DNA of 64,000 nt, from contig CAWINB010000001.1 in the NCBI GenBank assembly GCA_963837465.1, positions 629,646-693,645 on the forward strand, read 5' to 3'. Position numbers and translations under genes: made by a program. The notes beneath the pieces are model-generated. The model saw only the letters and a program-made list of their open reading frames with translations. It did no database searches and was not told the DNA's origin. This stretch comes from Candidatus Doudnabacteria bacterium (GTDB lineage: Bacteria > Patescibacteriota > Doudnabacteria > UBA920). Of this stretch, positions 8,610 to 19,063 are shown piece by piece (position 1 is the first letter of the stretch; the number at the start of each line of letters is the position of its first letter).

Positions 8610-9830
8610 ATGGCCACGATGCCGGCTAAAATCTTCGGTATTTCCAAAAAATACCTGCTGCCGTTTATAATCATTGTGGCTTTTATCCTGCGCTTGCCCA
8701 ACAAGTCGGGCACATCGCTTTACTGGTACTCGGAATTGTTCCGGGACTTATCCGCGGAAAAATTATTGGCCGGGGGGACTTGGGTTTTTTACGGGCCACC
8801 CTCGCATTTGGGCGGGTTTAATTTCGGCCCTATTTATTATTATCTGCTTTTCCCTTTCGCGCGGGCTTTCCATTTTACCTTATATTCCACGGCCATAGCC
8901 AGCTTATTTTTTTCCCTGGCCGCCATACTGATGAGTTTTTTTGTGGTGCGGAAATGGCACAGTGAACAGTTGGCTTATATTGTGGCTGCCCTGTTGTCCA
9001 TATGCGAATTCGACATCAGTTTCGCCAGGTACGCGTCCAACCCGAACTTTTTGCCGTTTTTCTCCCTGGTGTTTTTTTACGCTTTCCAGCAAATTATGGA
9101 ACGAAAAAATACCGCCCGCAATACTTTTTTGCTTTCCATAAGTTTTGCCGTCGCCACCCAATTGCATGCTGTGGCGCTCATAAGTCTGCCCGTTATTTTA
9201 GCCGTCGCTTTAATCCGCCGGGACATCTGTTTCTCATTTAAACAATGGGCTATATTTATAACCGGCAACCTGATTTTATACGCGCCGTATTTGTATTTTG
9301 AACTTACCCACCGCTTTGTTGATTTGACCGGACTGCTGCATTTGGCCGGAACTTCGGCCAGCGAAGGCTTGGGGCAAAGGCTGGTTGAATATTTTGGCTT
9401 TTGGCTTGGGCCATGGGTCATAGCTCAGCCGGACTTTGATGTTCTTTATATCATAGGACGACCCATGATCTATGCCATTGCCGCGATCCTGGTTGTGGGT
9501 TATTTTGTTTTTAAATACAATCAAAACCGGTTACAGCCGCGAAGCTTGGGCAGCGGCAAAATCAGCCGGTCCGTTAAAACCACCCTGCTCTATTGGCTGA
9601 TTTTCCCCACTGCGTTATTGCTGACGCCAATTGGGCCGGTTACTACACTTTTAATTTTTTATTTTTTCCTGCTGACTCCGTTGCTGTATTTCCTGTACGG
9701 CTGGATATTTTTTAAGCTGTTCCAGCGCGGATGGAATTTAACAGGCTGGTATCTGCTCACGGTTTTTGTTTGCCTGCAAATTTTCCAGTTTCTTTTATAC
9801 AGCCAGCAGCTAAGGCAAATAAGGTTTTAA
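8610..9830 (+). CDS. Polytopic membrane protein, possibly an ArnT/PMT-like (GT-C) glycosyltransferase
   Basis: 406 aa with at least 10 hydrophobic segments. The N-terminal region and loop pattern resemble GT-C glycosyltransferases. No catalytic motif was verified. Confidence 0.35.
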   Translation: MATMPAKIFGISKKYLLPFIIIVAFILRLPNKSGTSLYWYSELFRDLSAEKLLAGGTWVFYGPPSHLGGFNFGPIYYYLLFPFARAFHFTLYSTAIASLFFSLAAILMSFFVVRKWHSEQLAYIVAALLSICEFDISFARYASNPNFLPFFSLVFFYAFQQIMERKNTARNTFLLSISFAVATQLHAVALISLPVILAVALIRRDICFSFKQWAIFITGNLILYAPYLYFELTHRFVDLTGLLHLAGTSASEGLGQRLVEYFGFWLGPWVIAQPDFDVLYIIGRPMIYAIAAILVVGYFVFKYNQNRLQPRSLGSGKISRSVKTTLLYWLIFPTALLLTPIGPVTTLLIFYFFLLTPLLYFLYGWIFFKLFQRGWNLTGWYLLTVFVCLQIFQFLLYSQQLRQIRF

Positions 9831-9835
9831 CAATT

Positions 9836-11704
9836 ATGGCTTGGCTATTATTTTTGCTGGTTAATTTGTTTTTTGGCTGGACTGTCACCAAAGCTTTGCG
9901 CGTTGAACTGCGGTTTTCGGAAAGTCTGGCTTTAACCGGCTTTTTCGCGGTATTTTGCGGCAGTTGGATGGCGCTGCTTATGGTTTGGCTTGTCGGTTAC
10001 CGTTTTGGAATAATACTGTCGGCTTTAATCCAAGTGGCTGCCATCTTCTTTTTCCATATAAAACCTCCGGGTCGGCAAATTTTGATAACCAGGCCGGCTG
10101 CTACGCCGCAAAAAAAACTCCAATTATACGGCACGGTCCTGTTTGGCGCTTTGGCCGTGTATTTAACTTTTCTCAGCTGGAAACTCAACCTGGCTCCCTA
10201 CCATGGCAGCTTAATCAGCGGCTCCTGGACAGCGCTGGATTTGCCGCTGCACCTGAGTTTTATTTCCAACTTTTCGCAACAGAACTTTTTCACTTTCAAA
10301 AACCCGATTTTCGCTCCCGGGGGTTTGACTTATCCGTTCATAATGGATTTTTATTCCGGAATATTGCTGCGCCTGGGAGCCGGGCTTCACTGGTCGCTGT
10401 TCATCCCGGTTGAAATTTTAATTTTGGCTTTTTTTAGGCTGCTTATCACCACAAGCGAGTTACTGACTAAAAACAAACCCGCCGCTTACATGCACGGGCT
10501 GTTAATCGCCGGCTCCGGAGCGGTGTTCGGCTTATTTTATTTTTTTCAGGATGTCCTGGGAAAAGGCCAAAACTTTACGGACTACGCCATAATCCGCTCC
10601 GAGGGACTGTATTTCAGCAACATCGTCAACACTCACCTGTTTCCGCAACGCTCCATCCTCTTGGGCTTTTGCGCTTTTTTGGTCATCATTTTACTGATTT
10701 ACTGCTCCGAGGCAAGCGCCGAAAAAACCGGCCGAAAATTATACTTTGCCGCGGCCTGCGTAATGTTCGGACTGCTGCCGTTTACCCATGTCCATACATT
10801 TTTATTTACCGGCGCCATGCTCGGCTGCCTGCTTATATATTTTTACGCGCAAGGCAGGCTGAGCGGGGATATTTTGGCTTGTTTTATAATGGGTCTGCTT
10901 TTGGCCACGCCGCAACTTGCATGGCAATTTGCCAATAACTGGAGCAGTCATTTTGGTTATTGGCATTTCGGCTGGTTCGCGCCCGTACCCGCTTCTGTGG
11001 TTGTGTTTTGGCTAAAAAATTGGGGACTGCTGCCGGTCTTTGTGGTATTGGGCTCTCTGCCGCTGCGGCGCTATTTTTCCGGCAGCCTGGCCTGGTCCAT
11101 ATATTGGACAAGTTTAATAATTTTTGTCGCCGCTAATTTATACTCCTTCCAGCCGCAACTTTATGATAATATGAAATTATTAGTCTATTGCTACTGGGGT
11201 TTTAGTCTTATTATGGCCGCCGCATTGTCGCGCTTTTGCTCCACCCAGGCCCGCGCGCTGCTGGTGTTTGGGCTGCTGTCGCTCAGCAGCGGAGCCGGCA
11301 TGCTGGCTTTACTGCGCGATGGCGTATCCAGTTCCGTAGTTTTTACCGCCGCGGACATACAGGAAGGCCGGCAGCTGCAAAAGGAAATACCGGCAGGCAG
11401 CCTTGTGCTGACTATCCCGGAAAAAAACAACTTAGTCTCCACCTACGCGGGCAGACAAATTCTGGTGGGCTCGCCGGAATGGCTGGCCAGCTACGGCATC
11501 AACAGCGGCCAAGTCACGGCCAATGCCGGCCAAATTTTTTCCGGTTCATCCAACAGCCGACAGCTTTTAAAAAATTATAAAATAAATTTTGTGGCCTTTT
11601 CCCGGCAGGAAGTCAGGCCTTTTGGGATTAACTTGGGTTTTTTTCAAAGCCGTTTTAACGATGTGGCTACTGACGGCTCCTGGTACGTATTTAGAGTAAA
11701 TTAG
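9836..11704 (+). CDS. Large polytopic membrane protein (hypothetical; GT-C-like or YfhO-like topology)
   Basis: The ORF track starts at 9731, overlapping the upstream gene. The more likely start is ATG at 9836 (MAWLLFLLVNLFF). At least 12 TM segments plus a C-terminal soluble domain. Confidence 0.4.
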   Translation: MAWLLFLLVNLFFGWTVTKALRVELRFSESLALTGFFAVFCGSWMALLMVWLVGYRFGIILSALIQVAAIFFFHIKPPGRQILITRPAATPQKKLQLYGTVLFGALAVYLTFLSWKLNLAPYHGSLISGSWTALDLPLHLSFISNFSQQNFFTFKNPIFAPGGLTYPFIMDFYSGILLRLGAGLHWSLFIPVEILILAFFRLLITTSELLTKNKPAAYMHGLLIAGSGAVFGLFYFFQDVLGKGQNFTDYAIIRSEGLYFSNIVNTHLFPQRSILLGFCAFLVIILLIYCSEASAEKTGRKLYFAAACVMFGLLPFTHVHTFLFTGAMLGCLLIYFYAQGRLSGDILACFIMGLLLATPQLAWQFANNWSSHFGYWHFGWFAPVPASVVVFWLKNWGLLPVFVVLGSLPLRRYFSGSLAWSIYWTSLIIFVAANLYSFQPQLYDNMKLLVYCYWGFSLIMAAALSRFCSTQARALLVFGLLSLSSGAGMLALLRDGVSSSVVFTAADIQEGRQLQKEIPAGSLVLTIPEKNNLVSTYAGRQILVGSPEWLASYGINSGQVTANAGQIFSGSSNSRQLLKNYKINFVAFSRQEVRPFGINLGFFQSRFNDVATDGSWYVFRVN

Positions 11705-11728
11705 CCTGGCTCCGGCGCCTCGGGACGC

Positions 11729-12139
11729 TTAAAAAATTGCCTGGCCGCAATTATAATTAAGCAGCAAATCCGGGTAAGGGTTGGTATAGCCGCCATTTGG
11801 CGAGGTCTGTTCGCTTACGTAATATATTTGGATGCTGAGCAATTGCTGTTGATAACGGATTGGCTGGTTCCAGGAGCGGCATAAGTAGGCAGCGTAATAG
11901 GGGCGATATACGGCATAACCTGGAGCCTGCAGGTTGGTGAAATATTTTTGCCAGTAAATATCACCGTATCCGGCGCTAACGGATTCGGGCTTGGCAAAAG
12001 TTATGGCTGTGTCCGGATGCGAGACATTAACAGTAAGCCCATTGGTTAAACTCCCGGAAATTACATACCAACCGTCGCCGGTTACAGGGTAAGGCGTCGA
12101 ACATGTCCCAGCGCTGGTCCAAGCGCAAGAAGTTGACAA
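11729..12139 (-). CDS. Hypothetical Tyr/Trp-rich protein, possibly a frameshifted tail of the upstream HTTM gene
   Basis: 136 aa. It overlaps the 3' end of the 12027..13511 ORF by 113 bp in another frame. Confidence 0.25.
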   Translation of the reverse strand: MSTSCAWTSAGTCSTPYPVTGDGWYVISGSLTNGLTVNVSHPDTAITFAKPESVSAGYGDIYWQKYFTNLQAPGYAVYRPYYAAYLCRSWNQPIRYQQQLLSIQIYYVSEQTSPNGGYTNPYPDLLLNYNCGQAIF

Positions 12140-13511
12140 CGGGATAGAGGCTGGTTGGAAACCTATATAAGGCCCGGGGCAAACCGCTCACGTTATAGAG
12201 CAGGGTAACAGTAATTAAAAAAACTCCCGCCATGTTATAAAGCGCCGACAACGGCCTGGAGCTAAAAATTCCGGAACGATGCGCCGGGACCAAGGGCAGT
12301 TCACAGGCGATTTTTCTATGCCCGGCTACATAGTCGTAAAACTTGTCGCCGGTTTTTTTACAAATACGATTATCCAACACAAATCCCAGCGGCCAAAATA
12401 AACGCGACGCTTTAAGAGCCCGCACTACGCCGTCAAACTTAAAATAAACCCCGCGGCTGTCTTTAACTACCCAGGAATTATTAGCGCGCATAATTTCCGC
12501 AGCTTGCGAGTTGGCCTCGGCCGGTAAAACTTCCAAGTCGGGGACAAGAAAAAATACCGCTATGCCATCGGCCAATTTTTTACACGTCCCGCACCGGCCG
12601 TCGTAATAAACGGATAGTTTGCCGCCGGGTTGTTTAAAGCGGCCAAGAATTTGCCAAAAATATTCCGGAAGCAAGGCAAAACCAAAGACTATGACATTAA
12701 GCGGAAACATGCCCAAATGCATAAAAAATCCTATGCCGAGCTGCAAAACCATAAAACCAAAAATTCCCGCGATGCGCAAAGGAATCGTAAAAACCGGAAA
12801 AATCAATAATAACGTTCCCAGAAGCTCAAACCACCATACCGAGTGGGTTAAAAAACGCGTTAACCCGGGATGGCGTAACAACAGCCATGCCCATTTGCCG
12901 GCAAACACTCCGGAACTCAGAGCGTAGTAAACAGCGCTGCCCTGACTGTGCCAGGCCGGAGCGCTTTTAAGAAGGGCCGCGAAAAAATAAATGCTGATAA
13001 ACTGCAAAAAATAGCCGACCGTGGCCGCGGAAATCCTGCGGTACGTTTTAGCGCTTCCCCGCTTTACCGCGTCCACGGAAAAAACTTCCCCCAAAGGTAA
13101 AAACATGGCCCAAAATAACAACAGCCGGAGAGCCACATCGGCATTGCTTAAAATAATCGGATTGCGGTTTTGAACTGAAATAAGCAGCAGCCAGGAAATT
13201 ACGGCAGACAGCCTGGTTTTGTATCCTGCCAATAAAAATAAACCGAAAATAAAAGCCGCGGCAAACAGCGCGGCCTGGATTTGCCACTGCCCGCTGATCA
13301 TATTTATGGAAACGTACCAGGGATTGCCGGCAAATTTAATAGCCGCGTCCCGCGGCAGCACGCCGGAATCGCTGTACATGGCCGCGAGGCTAAAAGCCCG
13401 GTAAGCCCAGCCGGTAATTAAAACCAGAGCCAGGGACACCCGCAGCAACGCCAAAGACCGCACATCCATTCCAAAGATATCGTAAAGATTTTGTTTCAAT
13501 GTTTGACGCAT
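12027..13511 (-). CDS. HTTM-domain membrane protein fused to a DCC-family thiol-disulfide oxidoreductase domain
   Basis: 494 aa. The N-terminal two-thirds is polytopic with an HTTM-like pattern. The C-terminal third has the YYDGRCGTCKK motif characteristic of DCC1-like (DUF393) proteins. Confidence 0.55.
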   Translation of the reverse strand: MRQTLKQNLYDIFGMDVRSLALLRVSLALVLITGWAYRAFSLAAMYSDSGVLPRDAAIKFAGNPWYVSINMISGQWQIQAALFAAAFIFGLFLLAGYKTRLSAVISWLLLISVQNRNPIILSNADVALRLLLFWAMFLPLGEVFSVDAVKRGSAKTYRRISAATVGYFLQFISIYFFAALLKSAPAWHSQGSAVYYALSSGVFAGKWAWLLLRHPGLTRFLTHSVWWFELLGTLLLIFPVFTIPLRIAGIFGFMVLQLGIGFFMHLGMFPLNVIVFGFALLPEYFWQILGRFKQPGGKLSVYYDGRCGTCKKLADGIAVFFLVPDLEVLPAEANSQAAEIMRANNSWVVKDSRGVYFKFDGVVRALKASRLFWPLGFVLDNRICKKTGDKFYDYVAGHRKIACELPLVPAHRSGIFSSRPLSALYNMAGVFLITVTLLYNVSGLPRALYRFPTSLYPVVNFLRLDQRWDMFDALPCNRRRLVCNFREFNQWAYC

Positions 13512-13622
13512 CAGGGCAAGACCTCTTACATAACTTGCTTTTGGATTAATTGTAGCCCTTTTTGGGGCAAAATTCCATGTCTTTGATTATCTTTAATTTT
13601 TTCTATATAATAAGAATAAATT

Positions 13623-15269
13623 ATGCTGCAAACTTTTAAAAAAGCCGCCGGGGAAACTTTGGCGGAAATCAGGGAAGAAAAAAAGCTTCGCGGGACAAAC
13701 GAGCTTTTTTTGTTATTTTCCATGGGCAGCCAGTTTGATCATCTTATAAAACAAAACCTGGACGCTTTGGGCTTATTTTGTTTGGTGGCGGACCCCGCTT
13801 CGGTTACGGCGGATGACGTTAAGGCAGTATCGCCGATTGGGATTATTTTGTCCGGCGGCCCGGCTTCGGCTTACGAACAGCCGCCGTTTGACGGAAAAAT
13901 TTTTGACCTCGGCATTCCGGTTCTGGGTGTTTGCCTGGGGTTTCAAATGCTGGCCCGTCATATAGGAGCAACCGTATCGCCCTCAAATAAAAAGGAGTTC
14001 GGCACTCATACTTTTAATATCATACAACCCTCTCCCCTTTTTGAAGGTCTGCCTAAAAGTTTTAAAGTTATGGAAAGCCACGGTGACATAGTTGAACCCA
14101 GCGGGCACAACTTAGAAGCCTTGGGCGCCACTGACAACGCCCTTATAGCTGCCGGGCACCGCAAACACCTATACGGAATCCAGTTCCATCCGGAAGTTAC
14201 GGAAACGGAATTCGGCGGCAAAATTTACGAAAATTTTTGCTTTAAAATTTGCGGAGCCCAAGATAAGTTTCCGGCTTTGGAAACGGGCAAAAACAAAATC
14301 GACGCTTTGAAGCGGCAGGTCGCGGGCAAAAAAGTTTTACTGGCGCTCTCCGGCGGCACGGATTCTTCTGTTGTAGCTTACTTGCTCAAAGCGGCCTGTA
14401 GCGCGCCGATTTATCGGCTGTCTAATGAACATCAGCCCATAAATGGGCGCGCCGCAACTCCGATCCTCGGCATCTACGTAAAAGGCATTGACCGCCCCGA
14501 CGACGAAGCCAATGTTGTAAAATACTTTGGCAGCCAACATTGGATTAGCGTAAAAATTGTCGACGCGACGGACAAATTCCTTGAAGTATTAAAAGGAAAA
14601 ATATCAATGAGGGACAAGCGCCTGGCCATGCGCGGCGTTTATAAGGAAATTTTGGAAGCGGAAGCAAAAAACTTCGGCGCGGATTTTATCGCCCAAGGCA
14701 CGCTTTACACGGACATTTCCGAAAGCGGGGGCGGCTACGACAGCGGCGCCAGAAAAGCCCAGATCAAAATCCACCACAATGTAAATTTGGAATTTGAGTT
14801 GCCGGAAATCCAGCCGCTAATTGATTGCGTTAAGGACACGGGTCGGCAGCTTGGCCGCGCTTTGGGGGTACCCGAAGATTTACTGGTTCGGCATCCTTTT
14901 CCGGGTCCGGGTTTGATAGTTCGGATAGAAGGGGAAGTCACGGCGGAAAAATTACATACGGCAAGAAAAATTGACGAAATTTATATAGAAGAATTACGCA
15001 AATGGAATTTGTACCAAACCTTATGGCAAGCTGGAGCGGTTGTTACCAACTCAATGACCACCTGCGCCAAAGGCGACGACGCCACAGAAGGTCGCGTTAT
15101 AGCGCTGTGGGCCGTCTGGAGCGTTAACGGTTTTACCGCCCGCGCCGCCGAACTCCCCCACGACTTTTTAAAACACATTTCCCAAAGGATGACCAATGAA
15201 CTAAAAGAAGTCGGCGCGGTGGTTTACAGAATATCCGACAAACCGCCGGTGACTATCGAATGGGGGTAA
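13623..15269 (+). CDS. guaA: GMP synthase (glutamine-hydrolysing), divergent
   Basis: 548 aa. N-terminal class-I glutamine amidotransferase (GVCLGFQML...FHPE), then a PP-loop (LLALSGGTDSSVVAYLL), then a C-terminal GMP-synthase dimerisation domain. Confidence 0.8.
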   Translation: MLQTFKKAAGETLAEIREEKKLRGTNELFLLFSMGSQFDHLIKQNLDALGLFCLVADPASVTADDVKAVSPIGIILSGGPASAYEQPPFDGKIFDLGIPVLGVCLGFQMLARHIGATVSPSNKKEFGTHTFNIIQPSPLFEGLPKSFKVMESHGDIVEPSGHNLEALGATDNALIAAGHRKHLYGIQFHPEVTETEFGGKIYENFCFKICGAQDKFPALETGKNKIDALKRQVAGKKVLLALSGGTDSSVVAYLLKAACSAPIYRLSNEHQPINGRAATPILGIYVKGIDRPDDEANVVKYFGSQHWISVKIVDATDKFLEVLKGKISMRDKRLAMRGVYKEILEAEAKNFGADFIAQGTLYTDISESGGGYDSGARKAQIKIHHNVNLEFELPEIQPLIDCVKDTGRQLGRALGVPEDLLVRHPFPGPGLIVRIEGEVTAEKLHTARKIDEIYIEELRKWNLYQTLWQAGAVVTNSMTTCAKGDDATEGRVIALWAVWSVNGFTARAAELPHDFLKHISQRMTNELKEVGAVVYRISDKPPVTIEWG

Positions 15270-15363
15270 GATAGGGTTTAGGGACAGGAATTGGAAAAAC
15301 ACTTCCGCCGATCGGCGGAAGTGTTTTTGATGCTGCACCCTAATCCCTATCCCTTGTAGTTTT

Positions 15364-16839
<1,476 letters not shown>

Positions 16840-16890
16840 TTAAAAATATTTAAATCAGTATAGTCTTTTTCTGGGGCGTTGTCTATCAGG

Positions 16891-18330
16891 AGTCTTATAC
16901 AATGGAACATGGCCCCTATCTTTGAGACAGCCTCTAAAGGAGGACGGTACCCCAATTGCTGAAACCGGAGGGTTGCCCGGAAGCTGTACAAAGAGCATAA
17001 GCCTGCCACACTGACTTGATGACAATCGATATGACAGACTTAAGCGTTACGAGCATAGCTCAAATCAAGGAATTTCTAAAGGTCAATACAGCAATTAATT
17101 TTACCTCAGTTTCCAGAAAGGAGAAATATGAATGGATTAACAACGTCTTAAACAAGTTTGGCTATGTCCGGCTTAAAGGCAAAAAAGACAAGGGGCAGAT
17201 TAAGGAATATATCCAACGGATGACCGGCATGTCGGGCAGACAGCTAAAACGACTGATTACCAACAAGAGAGGAAGTGGGTTAGTGGCCTTGTCCCCGAAT
17301 TGGGGCAAGAAAAACCGGTTTGTTACTGTTTATGGCCCGGCAGAAATACTATTGCTGGCTGAAACCGATAATCTGCACCAACGAATGAATGCCCATGCCA
17401 CCAAACAGATCCTAATGGCTGAATATGAAATATTCGGTGACGAACGGTTTAAAAGACTAAAAGATATTTCCGTTTCCCATATCTACAATCTGCGAGTTAA
17501 AAGAATTTACACCAGCCACTCCACCACCTTTACCATAACCGATCCAGTAAGCACCCCGATTGGTATTAGAAGAAGACCCGACAATATGGGCATTCCGGGC
17601 TATCTGCGGGTGGATACCGTGCATCAGGGCGACCGTAAGCTGGCTTTGGGCAAGTATGAGAAAGGTATTTACCACTTAAACCTGGTGGATGAAGTCACCC
17701 AATGGGAAATGGTCTTCTGTGTGGAAACGATTTCCGAGCTGCATTTAAAACCCATATTTGAACAGTTGCAGCAAATGTTTCCCTTTACAGTAATTAACTT
17801 CCACTCTGACAACGGTAGCGAGAACATTAATTACACGGTAGCTGATATTCTTAGAAGGTTAGTTATTAAACAGACAAAATCACGAAGCAGGCACTGCAAT
17901 GACAATGCCTTAGTGGAAAGCAAGAACGGCAGTGTCATCAGAAAGTATATGGGCTACACTCATATCCCGAAAACCTACGCGCAGGAGATTAACGAATTTT
18001 ACCAGAAGTTTTTTAACCCTTACCTGAACTTCCACAGACCCTGCGGCTTTGCCACCACCACGGTTGACCATAAGGGCAAGGAAAAGAAAAAATATGATAT
18101 TTACTTAACTCCCTATGCCAAACTGAAGACTCTGGATAATTGGACACGCTACCTTGCCCCAGGACGGACGGAAAAACAACTGGATGACATCAGCACCGGC
18201 CACAGCCATAACGGATGGGCAAAACTTATGCAGGAAGCAAAGTCAGCAGTATTTAAAAACATTAAACTTAAGGAACATCAAAAAATGGCCGCTGGCGGAT
18301 AGGGGCCATGTCTTGATTAGAAACTACTTC
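16891..18330 (+). mobile_element. IS element copy 1 (1440 bp) encoding a DDE/rve-type transposase
   Basis: Its ends were found by comparison with the inverted copy at 41746-43185. Identity starts at agtcttatacaatggaacatggcccctatc and ends at ...ggggccatgtcttgattagaaactacttc. Both termini share the imperfect inverted repeat acatggcccctatc. Confidence 0.8.
17016..18302 (+). CDS. DDE-type (integrase-core/rve) transposase of the IS
   Basis: 428 aa. N-terminal HTH region, HSDNGSE, and RHCNDNALVESKNGSVIRKY (the D..E catalytic region of rve-family transposases). Protein identical to 41774..43060. Confidence 0.8.
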   Translation: MMTIDMTDLSVTSIAQIKEFLKVNTAINFTSVSRKEKYEWINNVLNKFGYVRLKGKKDKGQIKEYIQRMTGMSGRQLKRLITNKRGSGLVALSPNWGKKNRFVTVYGPAEILLLAETDNLHQRMNAHATKQILMAEYEIFGDERFKRLKDISVSHIYNLRVKRIYTSHSTTFTITDPVSTPIGIRRRPDNMGIPGYLRVDTVHQGDRKLALGKYEKGIYHLNLVDEVTQWEMVFCVETISELHLKPIFEQLQQMFPFTVINFHSDNGSENINYTVADILRRLVIKQTKSRSRHCNDNALVESKNGSVIRKYMGYTHIPKTYAQEINEFYQKFFNPYLNFHRPCGFATTTVDHKGKEKKKYDIYLTPYAKLKTLDNWTRYLAPGRTEKQLDDISTGHSHNGWAKLMQEAKSAVFKNIKLKEHQKMAAGG

Positions 18331-18358
18331 AGGCCGCCACCTCAACTGGCAAAACCGT

Positions 18359-19063
18359 AGTGTCAAGGGTGACCCTTGACACTACTCTTCTTCAAAGACT
18401 AAATCGGCAAAAATTAAGTGCTCCGGTTTATAGTTTTTTAACAAAAAACTTTTATAATTTACAGACGTTAGCTTATTTGTATCCATAAATATTTGGGGAT
18501 TGGCCAAACCATTATTTTCTTGGCCTAAATAAACAGCCATACTGGAATATTTCCATTCAAAGGGTTGCAGGGGGTTCAAATGTATGTAAGCAATAAGCTG
18601 CGTTAAGTAACTGTCATTCAAGACATTTTTGCTTTTATAAATTCCTTGAAAAATATGCCCCGAATGGCCGTATTTTTTATTAAAATATGATGAATAAGAA
18701 GTACACAGCCTATGCAAAAATATTTTAAGCCCGTTGACTTGGTTTTGTTTAACTAAAAAATGAAAATGGTTTGGCATTAAGCAATAACTTAAAATCTCCA
18801 ATCCCATTGCAGGCAAAGGTTTCAAGCGAATACTGCCTTTGGCGCTGCGCTTTGGCAACGGCAACAAACCAAGCAGCAACTTAGCCCTGTATATAAAATT
18901 TAGGTAATCTTGTTCATCCAAAAATATAAGCGCTTTATTTGCTCCCCTATTATAAGCGTGGAAATAAGCGCCGACAAAATTTGGTTTATAATCCCTTCCA
19001 ATCATGGCTTAATTATAAAGGAATTTGACACCAAGTCAAGTGTCAAGGGTGACCCTTGACACT
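18359..19063 (-). mobile_element. IS200/IS605-like (RAYT-type) element with identical terminal hairpins
   Basis: A perfect 25 nt hairpin agtgtcaagggtgacccttgacact sits at 18359-18383 and again at 19039-19063, flanking a Y1 transposase gene. Confidence 0.75.
18382..19005 (-). CDS. Y1 (HUH) transposase, IS200/REP-associated tyrosine transposase family
   Basis: 207 aa. HUH motif CLMPNHFHFLV and catalytic-Tyr region LIAYIHLNP. Confidence 0.75.
   Translation of the reverse strand: MIGRDYKPNFVGAYFHAYNRGANKALIFLDEQDYLNFIYRAKLLLGLLPLPKRSAKGSIRLKPLPAMGLEILSYCLMPNHFHFLVKQNQVNGLKIFLHRLCTSYSSYFNKKYGHSGHIFQGIYKSKNVLNDSYLTQLIAYIHLNPLQPFEWKYSSMAVYLGQENNGLANPQIFMDTNKLTSVNYKSFLLKNYKPEHLIFADLVFEEE

Noticed and set aside
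9731-9835. N-terminal 35 codons of the 657 aa ORF as annotated in the ORF track
   Set aside because: They overlap the 3' end of the upstream membrane-protein gene by 100 bp. The downstream ATG at 9836 gives a typical hydrophobic N-terminus and removes the overlap.
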